The notes under the pieces were generated by a model, which saw only the letters and a list, made by a program, of their open reading frames with translations, ran no database searches and was not told the DNA's origin. DNA of 64,000 bases from Felis catus (lineage: Eukaryota). The position numbers and the translations under genes are program-made. Shown in pieces: positions 25,801 through 38,612 of the stretch; within the stretch, counting starts at the first letter, position 1, and each line of letters begins with the position of its first letter. The DNA is taken from the NCBI RefSeq assembly GCF_018350175.1, contig NC_058368.1, positions 61,320,001-61,384,000 of the forward strand, written 5' to 3'.

Positions 25801-25859
25801 CAGAAGTAATAAATATTAGTTGCCATTCTAAGACCAGCTGCCAAATAGCAATCATATCT

Positions 25860-26620
25860 CAAAAGCCTTTCATGTGTGAATTTCCATGAGAAAAGAGACC
25901 AAACCACCCTGAAAAAACTGTTTCCAGGTAAAGAAAATGTAATACAAGTATACCTGAGGAAGAAAGAGAGCGTATGTTCTGGTGTGTTGACTAGACCCAC
26001 CTGCATTCCTTTGCCTCCAAGGCACCCATTCCCTGACTGCCATGGGTGGTGGCTGCTGATGGCTTATCTTGAGTCTCTGATTGAGGTCTTCCTCAGCCAA
26101 AGGGAACTATCCTGATTAACATTATGTTCTTTTCCTAGTTGATGCAGGAAGGGAGACATTGGGCCTGTCTCAATTCAGACATCTAAGAAATACTATTTCA
26201 GAAAAAAATTAAAAAAATAAAAAAGGGGGCGCCTGCGTGGCTCAGTCGGTTGAGCGTCGGACTTCAGCTCAGGTCATGGTCTCGTGGTTTGTGAGTTCAA
26301 ACCCGCGTCAGGCTTTGTGCTGACAGCTCACAGCCTGAAGCCTGCTTCGGATTCTGTATCTCCCTCTCTCTCTGCGCCTCCCCTGCTCATGTTCTGTCTC
26401 TCTCTGTCTCTCAAAAATAAATAAGTGTTGAAAAATAATAAAAAAAAGAAAGAAAAGAAATACTATTTTAGGTTACTTTGAAACTGCCTCATAGTTGAGA
26501 TTTCCCCCGTTTCCCAATCATGTTTGTCTTGCTTCCTTACAGATGTTGTACCCAGGAGTGTGTCTGTTTGCATGTCTCAGAATTTCACAGCCTGTGTCCC
26601 AGAGAATCTGACCTCTGACA
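25860..26620 (+). mobile_element. Probable ERV-L 3' LTR (LTR16/33-like), interrupted by a SINE
   Basis: Follows the internal relic and ends TGTGTCCCAGAGAATCTGACCTCTGACA, similar to class III LTR termini. Confidence 0.45.
26225..26454 (+). mobile_element. Felid Can-SINE
   Basis: Full head, body and tail; TSD AAGAAATACTATTT at 26185-26198 and 26455-26468. Confidence 0.96.
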
Positions 26621-27149
26621 TTGTGAGCAATGTAGTCACATAGCTTAATCCATAGTGGAAGCTCAGAGCTAAGAAAATAACTAGTACCAAGTAAACAGGT
26701 GATAGGCAATCTGGAGAAATACGAATATATTTGAGGCAGAATAATGGAGAAGGTAGAAACGTCACCATTTGAAATTTAAGTGGGAATGTGGGAGAGATGG
26801 TCAGTCACCTATGATTTTTGGGTGTTTGGGAGTTACTTCATAAACAACGTGAACTGGAAAGAGAAGAGAGTTAAGAGACAGAATGTAATATTTGGTTTGG
26901 GATATAATTTTAGTTGCCTAGAGACCTCTCAGAAGAGTCAGTGGTATGTAGATGTGGACTCAAGTCATGAAATTAGAAGGGACTATTTCAGGGATTTTTA
27001 CTGCAAAAACAGAAGGCAATGGTCCAAATGAGAGACTTTCAGAGATGACCAGGGGAATGGGACCAAAAGATAGTCCATTGAACTGAGGCAGAGGAGGAGA
27101 TAAAAATAATCAGTCCTTTTTTGATGAAAAGTCATATTTCTGTTTGCAA

Positions 27150-27364
27150 TTTTTTAAATGTTTATTTATTTTTGAGAGAGACAGAGACAGAGTGTGAGGT
27201 GGGGAGGGGCAGAGAGAGAGGGAGACACAGAATCTGAAGCAGGCTCCAAGCTCTGAGCTGTCAGCACAGAGCCTGATGCGACATGGGGCTTGAACTCATG
27301 AACTGGGAGATCATGACCTGAGCTGAAGTCAGATGCTTAACTGACTGAGCCACCCAGGTGCCCC
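27150..27364 (-). mobile_element. Felid Can-SINE
   Basis: Full antisense copy; TSD T(G/A)CAATTTTT. Confidence 0.96.
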
Positions 27365-27728
27365 TACAATTTTTCTTTATGACTTAAAACACAAAAAGAT
27401 TTTCATCATGTTTGTTATTTTGCCTAGTAGCTAGAGTACTAAATGAAAATGCTTTATCAAAATAACTTCACAGTGAATATTTATCCCATATTTTCTCATA
27501 TACCTAAAATACATGTTTTTATGAACTCAATATATCCTAATATAAAGTTAACTAGATAATATTCAAAACAATTCAAGTAAAAGGATAAGTCACTGGAACA
27601 TTTTTTTTTCCCTGAATATTCTTGAATCTTCTTCCTGTTAAACAAGGATCGAGGTATTATATTTTCTTAGGACTAAAGGACATTTGGAGAATCTGAGATT
27701 TGTATTGTAACTCTTAATTGTTTCTAAA

Positions 27729-27914
27729 TGTTTTAACTAGTTTCAATAATGTCCCCTGAAAATTCATGTCCACCTGGAACCTAGGAACGTGGCCTTCTTT
27801 GAAAATAGGGTCTTTACAGATGTAATCACGTTCAGCTGAAGTTGTACTGGATTAGGATGAGCCCTAAATCCAGTATGACCAGTGCCCTCTCAGGAAGAGG
27901 GGGTTTAAGACACA

Positions 27915-27969
<55 letters not shown>

Positions 27970-28227
27970 GATGTCCATGTGAAGATAGAGGAATACATTG
28001 GTATGATATAGCTTCAATCTAAGAAACATGAAGAAATGCCAGCAACCACCAGAAGCTAGGAAGAATCAACAAAGGATTCTTGCTTAAAGTCGTCTGGGGG
28101 GACATGGCCCTGACAACAACTTGATTTCAGATTTCTAGCCTCCTGGACTGTGAGGAATACATTTGCTCTTGTTTTAAGTCACCGAGTTTGTGGTGATTTT
28201 TTACCACAGCCCTAGGAAACAAATATA
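27729..28227 (+). mobile_element. MaLR solo LTR (MLT1B/C-like)
   Basis: AAATAGGGTCTTTACAGATGTAAT, CCACCAGAAGCTAGGAAGA, TTGATTTCAGATTTCTAGCCTCC, GTTTTAAG..AGTTTGTGG..CAGCCCTAGGAAAC. Confidence 0.9.
27917..27965 (+). repeat. (CA)n microsatellite
   Basis: About 24 uninterrupted units. Confidence 0.98.
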
Positions 28228-28696
28228 GTCTTTATACAAAGGGGAATTTGAAAATGCCCATGTGTTTGTTTTTCCTGATACACTTTTGCATTTCTCTGCC
28301 CTCAACTGCTTCTGGGTTTAAAATGAGAAATAGAATTGTTTGGAGAGTTGTTTTTTGGTTTTTGTTATTATTTTTTTTTAAATATAGCCTATTACCTAGA
28401 CTTATTTTTTTCCTTCAAAGTCGCTAAAGCCATTATCTGTACAACTGACCCCGATAGTCATACTCTGTGATATGTCAGGTTGTCATTCACTTTCCCTTGC
28501 CTCTTAACTATCCCTTTAATTATTAATAATTAAATAATCCCTTTAATTCCATTATGTAAATGTGATAGCATTATTATATATGTGTGTTTCCTACTGTAGG
28601 AAACATTTAAGCTTTAGAATGAATCATTTAAGGAATAGAATAATTAAAAAAATTTTAAGATAGCTATTTTCCCCTTCTGCCTTCTTGGTGTATCTT

Positions 28697-28720
28697 TCCC
28701 TCCCTCCCTTCCTCCCTCCT

Positions 28721-28770
<50 letters not shown>
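28697..28770 (+). repeat. Polypyrimidine (CCCT)n/(CT)n tract
   Basis: Directly visible. Confidence 0.92.
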
Positions 28771-28771
<1 letters not shown>

Positions 28772-29679
28772 GACCTGATGAAAGCAGGTAGAGAATTCCA
28801 TGTTCATTACATCTTTTTCATAGTTCATGTACTTATAGCAAGACAGTAAGTGGTCATAACCAAGATGTGCAAAATGTGATTTTTTTTTTAAATTAGCTTA
28901 CCTAATTATATGACCATCATCATGGCCTATTATTAACCTCCTATGGCCAATTTTTCTGAAGTTGTAAGATTCTTGATTGGCCAAGTAAAGTTTTTTCTTC
29001 TGTTTTTAATAGTTTGTAATAAATAGTTTGTAATAAATAGTGTGTATCATCACTAGTGTTTCACTCCCAATTGTTCTTACCTTACATTTCTTTCCCTGGG
29101 AGATGGTGTGGTTGCTGAACAAAGCTTATATACATTTAAATCGATCCATCAATCAGCCAGTCAGTCCATTCCTGGCAGCCAGTCAGGGGGCAGAGTTGCA
29201 TCACCTCAGGCCACCCCACCTAGAGAGGCTCTCCTCTGAGGGTGCCAGAGGACAGTCAGCACAGATCCCTGAGGCAGCCTAGCTTTTCTCCAGTCCTACA
29301 CTTGGCCACATTCTTCAAACAAAACTGGAATGTTAATGGCCCAGTAGGTTGCCTAATTACCTTTTCCACCTTTATTTTCATTATGATTTGCAGATTAGGC
29401 TGGCATTGCAAGGTTGAAGCTTCTTGAGAAGCTTGTAGGCTACCAGTTCACCACTCCAGTTAAGTAGGACACAGCTCCCTTTTTTACATTTTCTCTGAAA
29501 TCTATATCAATATTTCCACCACTTCCTTCCCTTGATTTTAATCCACAAGCAGAGATCCAAGATACACACATAAACTCTTGTCTTATCCACTCCTCTGTTC
29601 TATCATCAGTTCTACTTCCTTCTGGAAAGGATAGCTCTGACAACAGGGATATCTTCTTTACTCAGCCTGATTCAGCCAC

Positions 29680-30089
29680 TACAAATTATGGCTGCCACCA
29701 GGGTCCTTTGGATTCCTTGTGTCTGCAACCAGCAGGTAAGAAAAGAAGTCATCATAATGGCTGTGCTATTTGACACTGACCAGCAGGCTGAGGTAGGGCT
29801 ACTTTTCCATGATGGAGGTCTGAGGAATATCTGTGGAGCTCAGGTGATCCTCTTGTACACCTCCTGACTACCCTTTGCCCTGTTGTAACTGTGAATGGAC
29901 ATGTGCAGTAACCCTGGACTGAGAAGGGTATGACTAACCTTCTGGATTGAAGGCTTGTATCATGCTACCAAATAAGCTACAGAGACCCGTTTTGGTTGTA
30001 GATGAGCCTGAGGGAAATTTAGAATCTATGGTGAAGTGTGAGAGGATGAATGTTGTTTGTGGCCCTGAGATTGCCTAAGTGGTGGGGGC
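29680..30089 (+). mobile_element. ERV-L 3' internal relic with dUTPase-like region and polypurine tract
   Basis: YKLWLPPGSFGFLV..QQVRKEVIIMAVLFDTDQQAEVGLLFHDGG..GDPL..LL..PCPVVTVNGHVQ (frameshifted); ends GTGGTGGGGGC just before the TG of the LTR. Confidence 0.8.
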
Positions 30090-30815
30090 TGTAGTTCATC
30101 CCACTAATCTTCAGCTTCGGAATTTTCCTTCAGAAATAAAATCCTGTGGGAGTCATGCAAGAGTTGCTACTTAGACTTGTGTGAAGTAGATTTGTGCACA
30201 CAAAGGATTCTGAGAATTGCTTCATTTGATAAATGAACAAAGGCCCCAGCTGCTGTACTCTGAAATCCAACTGCCATGCCTCCTTGTACAGCTCCCAGGC
30301 AGTGACACAGTAGAAGGGATATTGAGGCAGGCCCATTCCTGGGAAACTGGGAATCCTTTGAGACTCTGCTCAAAGCTCAAGGATTCCCTGGAGACTTTGC
30401 TGAACCTGCCTTAGACTGCAAAGTAGTCCATGATGCATCCACCCGATCTTCTCTTCCTCTCTCCTTCACTTGTGGTCAGAATTAAATCACAAATCATGAA
30501 TCTCTCAGCCCCTTTCAACTTCATCCCCTTTCCTTTTCACACACATATTTCCTCTTTTGTTATTATTTTTTAATCTTTATTTATTTTTGAGAGACAGAGC
30601 GTGAACAAGGGAGGGACAGAGAGAGGGAGAGGGAGACACAGACACAGAGCAGGCTCCAGGCCCTCGGCTGTCATGGGGCTTGAACCCACCAACAGTGAGA
30701 TCATGACCTGAGCTGAAGCTGGATGCTTAAATGACTGAGCCACCCAAGTGCCCCCAGATATCTCCTCTTTTAAAGTCAATGTGTTTCATCCTGTCTTAGC
30801 ATCTGATGCCCCTTG
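30090..30815 (+). mobile_element. LTR16-like class III LTR, interrupted by a SINE
   Basis: Starts TGTAGTTCATCCCACTAA immediately after the purine tract; ends near TCCTGTCTTAGCATCTG. Confidence 0.7.
30559..30755 (-). mobile_element. Can-SINE with internal deletion
   Basis: TSD ATAT(T/C)TCCTCTTTT. Confidence 0.94.
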
Positions 30816-30949
30816 GAAAATAGGCAGTCAACCAATCTGGTATTCCCAGGATCTGATTTCTGGGTTACTGTTCTTGAACCTTATCCTCTCTGGCCTTATT
30901 TAGGATTGGATTTCTCCATGTTTCTTATCCTGGGTCTTGTGCATTCTTT

Positions 30950-31166
30950 TTAAAAATTTTGCTTTTTAATGTTTATTTATTTTTGAGAGAGAGACAGAGC
31001 ATGAGTAGGGGAGGAGCAGAGAGAGAGGGAGACACAGAATCCAAAGTAGGCTCCAGGCTCTGAGCTGTCAGCACAAAGACCAACGCGGGGCTCGAACTCA
31101 CAAACTGTGAGATCATGACCTGAGCTGAAAATGGATGCTTAACCAACTGAGCCACCCAGGCACCCC
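30950..31166 (-). mobile_element. Felid Can-SINE
   Basis: TSD CTTGTGCATTCTTT at 30936-30949 and 31166-31179. Confidence 0.96.
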
Positions 31167-32588
31167 TTGTGCATTCTTTAGAACAATTTCTATTGGTATG
31201 AGTTTAGAGACCAAGAATTTCCTCAGAGATTTAAACATTACTTTTTGGGATTTCTTTGACAGTTGGTCTCCGTAAATATTTAGTAGGTTTGCAAAATACT
31301 TGTTTTTGATCATACTTCCAGATATATCTGTGAAATGGCTATTTTCAAAAAAAAAATTTCTCATAGGATGATAGTTTAAAAAATTTTATTATCAAGTGTG
31401 TTACTAGAAAAAAATAAAATTTAAAAAATATATTGGATGTTGAAGCAATATCAGAATATTATGACAGTTTCTAAACATTACTTCCAATCTGTAAGCAGAT
31501 AATAATTCAGGAATCTACACAAGTCTGTGAACCATGTTTACAAAAACAATCCTTTAGATCAATTTCATGGGATAAGAGCTACTCAGGGAAGTATTCTAGC
31601 ATGGGTTTTTGATCTATAGAATTCCTGTTTCTTCAGCTTTATCCATGTTTTTATGCTGATATAAAGTTAAAGTTTTCTGAATTGAGATATTTGAAATTAT
31701 ACCTCTGTAAAGGGAGACAACTAGCTGAGAATGCCTCACTGGAGCATTAATACAGTGTGTGTGAGAGACAGAGGGGTATGGGTAAAGAGGGAAAGCAGGA
31801 GGGAAACCAAGATGATCAGACTTGGTATTTTCTCACTTCCCTCTCTATATGCTGGTACTTCCATTACTGGGTTAGAAAATTTGTTTTATTTTACATTATA
31901 TAGAATGTCAGATTACCAAATTTACATTTTTTATTGTAGTCTGGGAAACAGGCTTTCTAAGAAAAACCATGCTTCCTCTATTTTCTGTCTTCAAATATCC
32001 TTTACATATAGTGACATGTAAAATGCCCCAATAAATACTTAATGTATTATAATATATATAGTTAATGATTTAGTTAGTTACTGCCAAGCTCCCTACTGCT
32101 ATAGCATTAGTAAATAGGAAACAAACACCAGGCCATAGTGTAATCAGTAGTTTCTCAACAACTTAACAAGTGTTGACAATTCCTTAGCTAAGAATGATGA
32201 GGTCCTCACTACTCTCTGCCCTATCTCCTCCATTTAGTCTGACCAAAGGACTTTAATGTCCCCCTCTGTCTTAGTCTATTGAGGCTGCTATTACAAAAAT
32301 ACCATAGACTAATTGGCTTATAAATAACAAATTTGTTTCTTATAATAAACTAAAGTCTGGGAAGTCTAAGATCAAGGTGCTGGCACATTTGGTGTCTGGT
32401 GAGATCCTACTTCCTGGCTCCTAGACAGTCATCTTTTGGCTGCAACCTCACCTGACAGAAACAGGCAAAGGAGTTCTCTGTGGCCTCTTTTATAAGGGCA
32501 CTAATCTCATTCATGAGGGCTCCACCCTCTCCAAGGCACATCAATTAATATCATTGCATTGGGAGTTAGGTTTCAAGATAGGAGTCTT

Positions 32589-32880
32589 TTCTTTTTTTTT
32601 AAGTAGTTTCTTTTCTTTTCTTTTCTTTTCTTTTCTTTTCTTTTCTTTTCTTTTCTTTTCTTTTCTTTTCTTTTCTTTTCTTTTCTTTTCTTTTCTTTTC
32701 TTTTCTTTCTTAGATGGAGAGCAAGCAGGGAAGGGGTGGAGAGAGAGACAAAGAATCCTAAGCACACTTCCTGCTGTCACTGCAGAGCCCAATGGGGGCT
32801 CAAACTCACAAACTGTGATATTGTGACCTGAGCTGAAATGAAGAGTTGGACACTTACCCAACTGAGCCACCCAGGCACCC
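32589..32880 (-). mobile_element. Can-SINE with expanded (GAAAA)n tail
   Basis: TSD AAGATA(G/T)GAGTCTT. Confidence 0.95.
32607..32705 (+). repeat. (TTTTC)n pentanucleotide microsatellite
   Basis: About 20 perfect units. Confidence 0.98.
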
Positions 32881-34113
32881 TAAGATATGAGTCTTGAGGA
32901 ACACAACCATTCATTAACTTGATTAAACTTAAGTCAGATCTTTTCCTGATACTAGATCCATGACCTCTCTTTTCTTAGAGAATTTACTTTAGAAAACTTG
33001 TAATTATAAATGTTTTATATGCCCCATTGAGACACAAATCTTTTTGGAAACTTCTTGACAATTTTCTGAAACCCAGTAATGTCTTTCTCAGGGATTGGGA
33101 GCCAATCCTTTGGAATGTAATCATCAAGAAATATAGTGCCCCTGTCTCCCATTTTCTGTGGTAGGATAGGGGCCTAACTTCAGTGGGTGCCTTGTTTCAT
33201 GTTATAAAACTACCTCCTGTCATCAAGATACAGCTTTTTTTTCTTTGAGTAATGCCAATTGAAAACACAGATGGTCTATGATTTCCCCACCTCAGCTCTT
33301 AAAACTCTCCAACTCTTTATTTTGGCAGAGTTGAGCTTAGACAGAATTCTGGTCTCAATGTCTCATTGCAAAAGCCTTGAATAATGTCTCCCTTGCCTGT
33401 TTAACTTTATACAGTGTGATTTTGTTTTGACAAATTCATTCCATTGTATGTTAATTACAATATCACTTCTTCCTGGTCCCAAATTCTTTATCAGTCAGAA
33501 GACTTTCCTCTGTAATGAATAGTGAAATCACAGTGGCCCAAACAGTGGGGAAGTATATTCTCACTTATCATAAAGTCTAGAAGAGGAGTGGAATTCAGGC
33601 TGATCCAGCAGTTTAATGATATAATCAAGGTACACAGGTGTTTCTGAGTCTCAATATGCTTTCCACATGTTGGATCAGTGCTGAAGTTCTTTAATCTCCT
33701 GGTTGCAGGATGGTTGCCAATCACAAATGAAACTAAATGCTTCCATTTTTAAGAATAGAAGGAGAGAGGGAGAGAGAGAGATGTATTGATGTCCTCATAT
33801 CTGACTTGGAAGTTGGGAACAATTATCATCAAGACTTCCAGCAAGTTTCTGATTATACTTTTGCTTACATTTGGCCAAATTTCAATCATATTCATGAACC
33901 AAACACTGACAGCCACATTAACACTACATGAAGAGGATGGGGTAAAATCGTTGCTAGCTTTCAATGATAATGTCCATTACAATATAATATCTCTAGGGCT
34001 TTTGGATTTTAAACCATAGTTTAATTCTGTTTTTAAATTTAAGTAAATTGAAGTATAAAATTGTAATTTCCTTTAAAACCAAAAAGTTTACAGTTTTAAA
34101 ATACCAGCAATTT

Positions 34114-34322
34114 GGGGGCACCTAGGTGGCTCAGTCGGTTAAGCATCCGATGTCAGCTCAGGTCATCTCACCCTTTGTGAGCTCAAGCCCCGAGTCTGGC
34201 TCTGTGCTGACAGCTCAGAGCCTGGAGCCTGCTTCAGATTCTGTGTCTCCCTCTTTCTCTGCCCTTCCCCCACTTGTGCTCTCTCTCTCTCAAAAATAAA
34301 TAAACGTTAAAAAATTTTTTTA
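34114..34322 (+). mobile_element. Felid Can-SINE
   Basis: TSD AAATACCAGCAATTT / AAATACCAACCATTT. Confidence 0.96.
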
Positions 34323-35477
34323 AATACCAACCATTTTATCTGATGTTCACACACTTCATTCTGAAACACAATTGTCTGAATAATAATAATAATACTTGCT
34401 AACATTTTGAGACTTGTCTTTAGTTGGATTTCTTCACTTTTATCATTTTACTGGAAACATTGATTTCATGTTATATTTTTCTGTACTTTTAACATAATTG
34501 AATAACTGCACAATAAGTTTTTTCTTTGTATAATGTGAATGCTTCTCACCATTCTTCTTCAAGCATGAAATTAATTGAGGTGATTGTAATCATCATAGTT
34601 TTTAATGTCATTGCAAGAAGAGTAAGATGGATATTTAACATTGAATTCACTGTTGTAAGTCAATAAGTATGGAGAGCAAAAAAAAATTGAGAACACATAA
34701 AGTCTTAACAGTACATTTGCAATCACATCCTACTGAAAATATGTGTATTCAAATTAGGTTATTAAAGTTAGAGTAAAACTTAGTTTGTATTGTGAATAAT
34801 TCCTTGTTATCTTAACGCAAATGGCATGCAATAGGCTTGATCATTATTTTGCATGTTATATTTGTTTCTCGTTGTCATTGGATAATTGCAAATCTCTGAC
34901 TTGAGCCTCAGAGAAAATATACTTTCACCATTAGTAGCTGTGTAACTTCTATAACATCAAGTCATGATGTTTCCAAAGAAGCAATATCAGAATGATTCAT
35001 GTGAATACATAGGTTATATCATATGTGTTAAAATGCCAAGATACTGCTCTCTTATTCTTTTAAAGTTGGAAGAAAATTCTTTTTCAGTTTCCTAAATATA
35101 ACATTACTGAATACAGACTTGCCATTCTCCAAATCTGTTCTCTTAAAATTTCTCAACCAGTTATCTCAGCAATTTTTCAACCTTTTAGAAACATTTGAGT
35201 TGTTATAGGCATTAGTGATCTCTGAGAAGTTACCAGTAACTCTTAATTCACTTGCCACTTTGTGGGTTAGATTCCAGTGACTATAAAAGAAATCTATAGT
35301 TTAAATAGGTGAAAGATAATGTAGGTGGTGCCCATTCAATCTTATCAAATTACAACTACTATAATTTAGTACATGCTACTGGCAAACATGTAAAAAAAAT
35401 ATTCAAGGCATATTAAAATATGTTCTTAAATATATTTGTTATTTAGAAGGTATTTTAATTAGCTTTCCTAGTTTGAT

Positions 35478-36045
35478 AACCTTTATTGTGACATAATTCA
35501 TATATATAATGAAGTACAAGCATTTTTTAATGTATATATTTCAAAGAATTCTGATAAATTTAAAGATTACAGTTGAAATACGAAGTGAAAATTTCTACCA
35601 TTCACAAATGTTCTCACATTGCTCTTTATAGCCACTCGCCCTGGATATTTGACTCCTGACATCAATTAATTAACTTTATGCCACTAATGACTGATTTGCA
35701 TCTTCTAGATTTCCATATAAATAAAATCATTCAGCATGTACTCTTTTGTGTCTAACTTCCTTTGTTAAGTATAATTATTTTGACATTCATTCATGTTGTG
35801 GCATGTGTCAATATCCAATCATTTTTCTACTGAAGAGTATCCCATTTAATGGATATGCTGTGCTTATGCATTCCTCTGCTGATGGACTTTAGAGTCATTT
35901 TCAGATTTTTGCTATTATAAATGAAGCTGTTATGAGCATAGGTATGCAAGTCTTTTTGTGGCTAGGTATTTTAACATAGCCTAGATAATTACCTAGAAGT
36001 GGAATCAATTTATAAGACAGTACAAGACAGTTTTCAAAGTGGTGG
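35478..36045 (-). mobile_element. Old L1M 3'-end relic
   Basis: AACCTTTATTGTGACATAATTCA..GTACTCTTTTGTGTCT..ATTCATTCATGTTGT..GCTATTATAAATGAAGCTG. Confidence 0.75.
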
Positions 36046-36480
36046 TTCCCAGCTTTTCATTTTTATCTTTGCATGTGTATCTATATGAAAACTTCCCTCT
36101 CTCGCTCTCTGTCATCTATCTCTCTATCATCTATCTATGAAAATTCTACCTAGTAAGGTTCACAGTTGGTAAAAATATAGAATATACAAATAAATATTTT
36201 AAAAAATTTTTTAACAAATAAACGTTTTTGTACAAATATTTATACATAAATATTATACTTTACAGACTAATTAATAATCACTTTTTTCCTACAACTTATG
36301 AATGTTTCTCTATTCCTCTGTAATAAAGCGTTTTGTAAGATTATCCTTATGAATTTTAATGGATTAACATGAATTTATGTTGAATTTTAATGGGTTAACA
36401 TAATTTGTATAATCAATAGCTTTTTACACTGATTTTTTTTTTATTATAAGAATGCCACAGTATTTTTTACACTCAGTCTT

Positions 36481-36703
36481 TTTTTTTTTAATTTTTTTTT
36501 TAACATTTATTTATTTTTGAGACAGAGAGAGACAGAGCATGAATGGGGGAGGGGCAGAGAGAGAAGGAGACACAGAATCGGAAACAGGCTCCAGGCTCTG
36601 AGCCATCAGCCTAGAGCCTGACGCGAGGCTCGAACTCAAAGACCGCGAGATCGTGACCTGGCTGAAGTCGGATGCTTAACCGACTGCGCCACCCAGGCGC
36701 CCC
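36481..36703 (-). mobile_element. Young felid Can-SINE
   Basis: CpG-rich young variant; TSD ACTCAGTCTT at 36471-36480 and 36705-36714. Confidence 0.97.
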
Positions 36704-37378
36704 AACTCAGTCTTGATTTGCATTTCTAACTAGTTCCTCCAAATTAATGGTTAAATGTAACATTATAAATCAGATCAAATCAATAGTTCTTGAATGTTTT
36801 ACACAGATGCCAGTTGGTTCTGCAGAAGCTGCAGACTCCATTGCATTTGCACAAGTGGTTGACGCAATAGTGCATGAAATTACTATCTAACCCACCCACT
36901 TTACTACAATTTGAAAAAAATATATATTTTTAAACCAAATAAAATATTTGTTTTATTTGACATTTACTTAGCTCAATAAGAACCTAGAATTTTTAGAAAA
37001 GATTTTAATGTGTTTTTATGACTATTTTTTCCTTCACTCTTTATTTTCTATATAAGTTATTTATCTTTAACCATTTCAATTAAAGTTAATCTCATAAAAA
37101 TAAGATTTTCTCCCACATATGTCTTGAATATTTTTATCTAATTTAACTTTTTCCTTTAATTTTGTTTTTTTCTTTATCTATGGAAGTTTAAACGTCTTAA
37201 TTTACTAATTTTATAAATAGTAATATCAATTAATTTTCACATTTAAATATTTATATTTTTGCATTTATTCATGTAGAATATTTAATAAACAAATTGTTCC
37301 ATCATCTCTATCCACATAATCCATCTATATTACCTTTTAACAGAATACAACATTGATAATTAAAAATTACATAGTTTT

Positions 37379-37604
37379 GGGGCGCCTGGGTGGCTCAGTA
37401 GGTTAAGCGTCCGACTTCGGCTCAGGTCATGATCTCGCGGTCCGTGCGTTCAAGCCCCGCGTCAGGCTCTGTGCTGACCATGCTGACCGCTCAGAGCCTG
37501 GAGCCTGTTTCAGATTCTTTGTCTCCCTCTCTCTCTGACCTTCCCCCGTTCATGCTCTGTCTCTCTCTGTCTCAAAAATAAATAAACATTAAAAAAATAT
37601 ATAA
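37379..37604 (+). mobile_element. Felid Can-SINE
   Basis: TSD AAAAATTACATAGTTT at 37362-37377 and 37605-37620; internal TGCTGACC duplication. Confidence 0.97.
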
Positions 37605-38271
37605 AAAAATTACATAGTTTATGTGCAATATTTTAGCATACTCTATTAAGCCATTTATTTTTATTTCAGAACCATATTGCCTACAAGGTGTTTTTATTTT
37701 TAATACTTGTTTGTATTCTTACTTTTGGAAGTACATGCTTTTTAGCCATATGAATTATTATCATATTTATTTTTTAGTGTATGTTAATCCATGTTTTTTA
37801 TGAATGAAAGATTTCATTAATCAAGGAAATGTGAAAAACAGTTTCAAGTGCATTTAAGTGCATTTATATTTATACACTATTTAATAAAGGAGTTTTAGGG
37901 AAAGAATTTCAGATTAGTTTTAAAACTGGTTAAACAACAGAGCAATAAGTGATGACTTTTGAAGTTTTCTTTTGCACTGGACAGAAATCATTTGCATCTA
38001 CAACAGGTAAACCTTTTCCTGTTAACCTCTGCTCTTACCGAGCTGTAAGATAGTTCAGTACATAGAATAGCATTTAAAGGTGCAAGACCAGTTTAACACT
38101 GAACGGAATAACAGTAATTGCTTTAATTTACTCCCAGGTTCTGCTAATTATTCTCATAGTCTAACCCTGTGCGACCACAAGTAATCTCCAGAAATTATTC
38201 ATGATCACAAAGGGCTGTCCTCATTAGGTTGGCCTATTTATTTCCATAAGTACAGCAAAACTATTCATCAC

Positions 38272-38612
38272 TGTTATTAAAAGATAAACTGAGGCATATT
38301 AAAAACTTTAGAGTTTGAGCCAAAGTTTAAGCACATCAGTCAGTGCTAAGCCAGAAGTGGCAGGGAACACTCCCCTCACAGGAGCTGGGGGAAAAACTTT
38401 TATAGAGAAGATGCTGAAGCAAAGCAAGGGAATTACTTAATGGGGCATAGCTTAAGTGAGGCCTCATATGTGAAATCCTCATTAGCTGTTTGTGATTTGT
38501 TGTCATCAGGTTTCTATTTCTTAACCTTGAGGCACTACAGGCTTAGGTTTGGTTTGTTTAGGTAGACTACTAATACCTTAAAGCCACCTCAGTCCAATGG
38601 GCTCCCTGTTTA
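38272..38612 (-). mobile_element. ERV1-like solo LTR; last bases continue at 41254-41261 beyond the L1
   Basis: TGTTATTAA left end; removing the L1 and one TSD copy restores a TTAACA right end, giving an element of about 350 bp. Confidence 0.6.

Larger units (their letters stand above)
32267..32918 (-). mobile_element. MaLR solo LTR (MLT1A-like), interrupted by a SINE
   Basis: TGTCTTAGTC..GCTGCTATTACAAAAATACCATAGAC..GGGAAGTCTAAGATCAAGGTGCTGGCA..TATAAGGGCACTAATC.CATTCATGAGGGCTCCACCCTC. Confidence 0.9.
32240..33432 (+). mobile_element. MER4-group ERV1 solo LTR (MER31/89/90-like), split by an MLT1A
   Basis: TTGATTAAACTTAAGTCAG, TTTACTTTAGAAAACTTGTAAT, GTCTTTCTCAGGGA, GCCTAACTTC; ends TTTTGACA; left boundary uncertain. 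Confidence 0.65.

Noticed and set aside
32541..32870. ORFs with (KEKKR)n or (FFSFL)n repeats
   Set aside because: They are translations of the (TTTTC)n microsatellite and the SINE.
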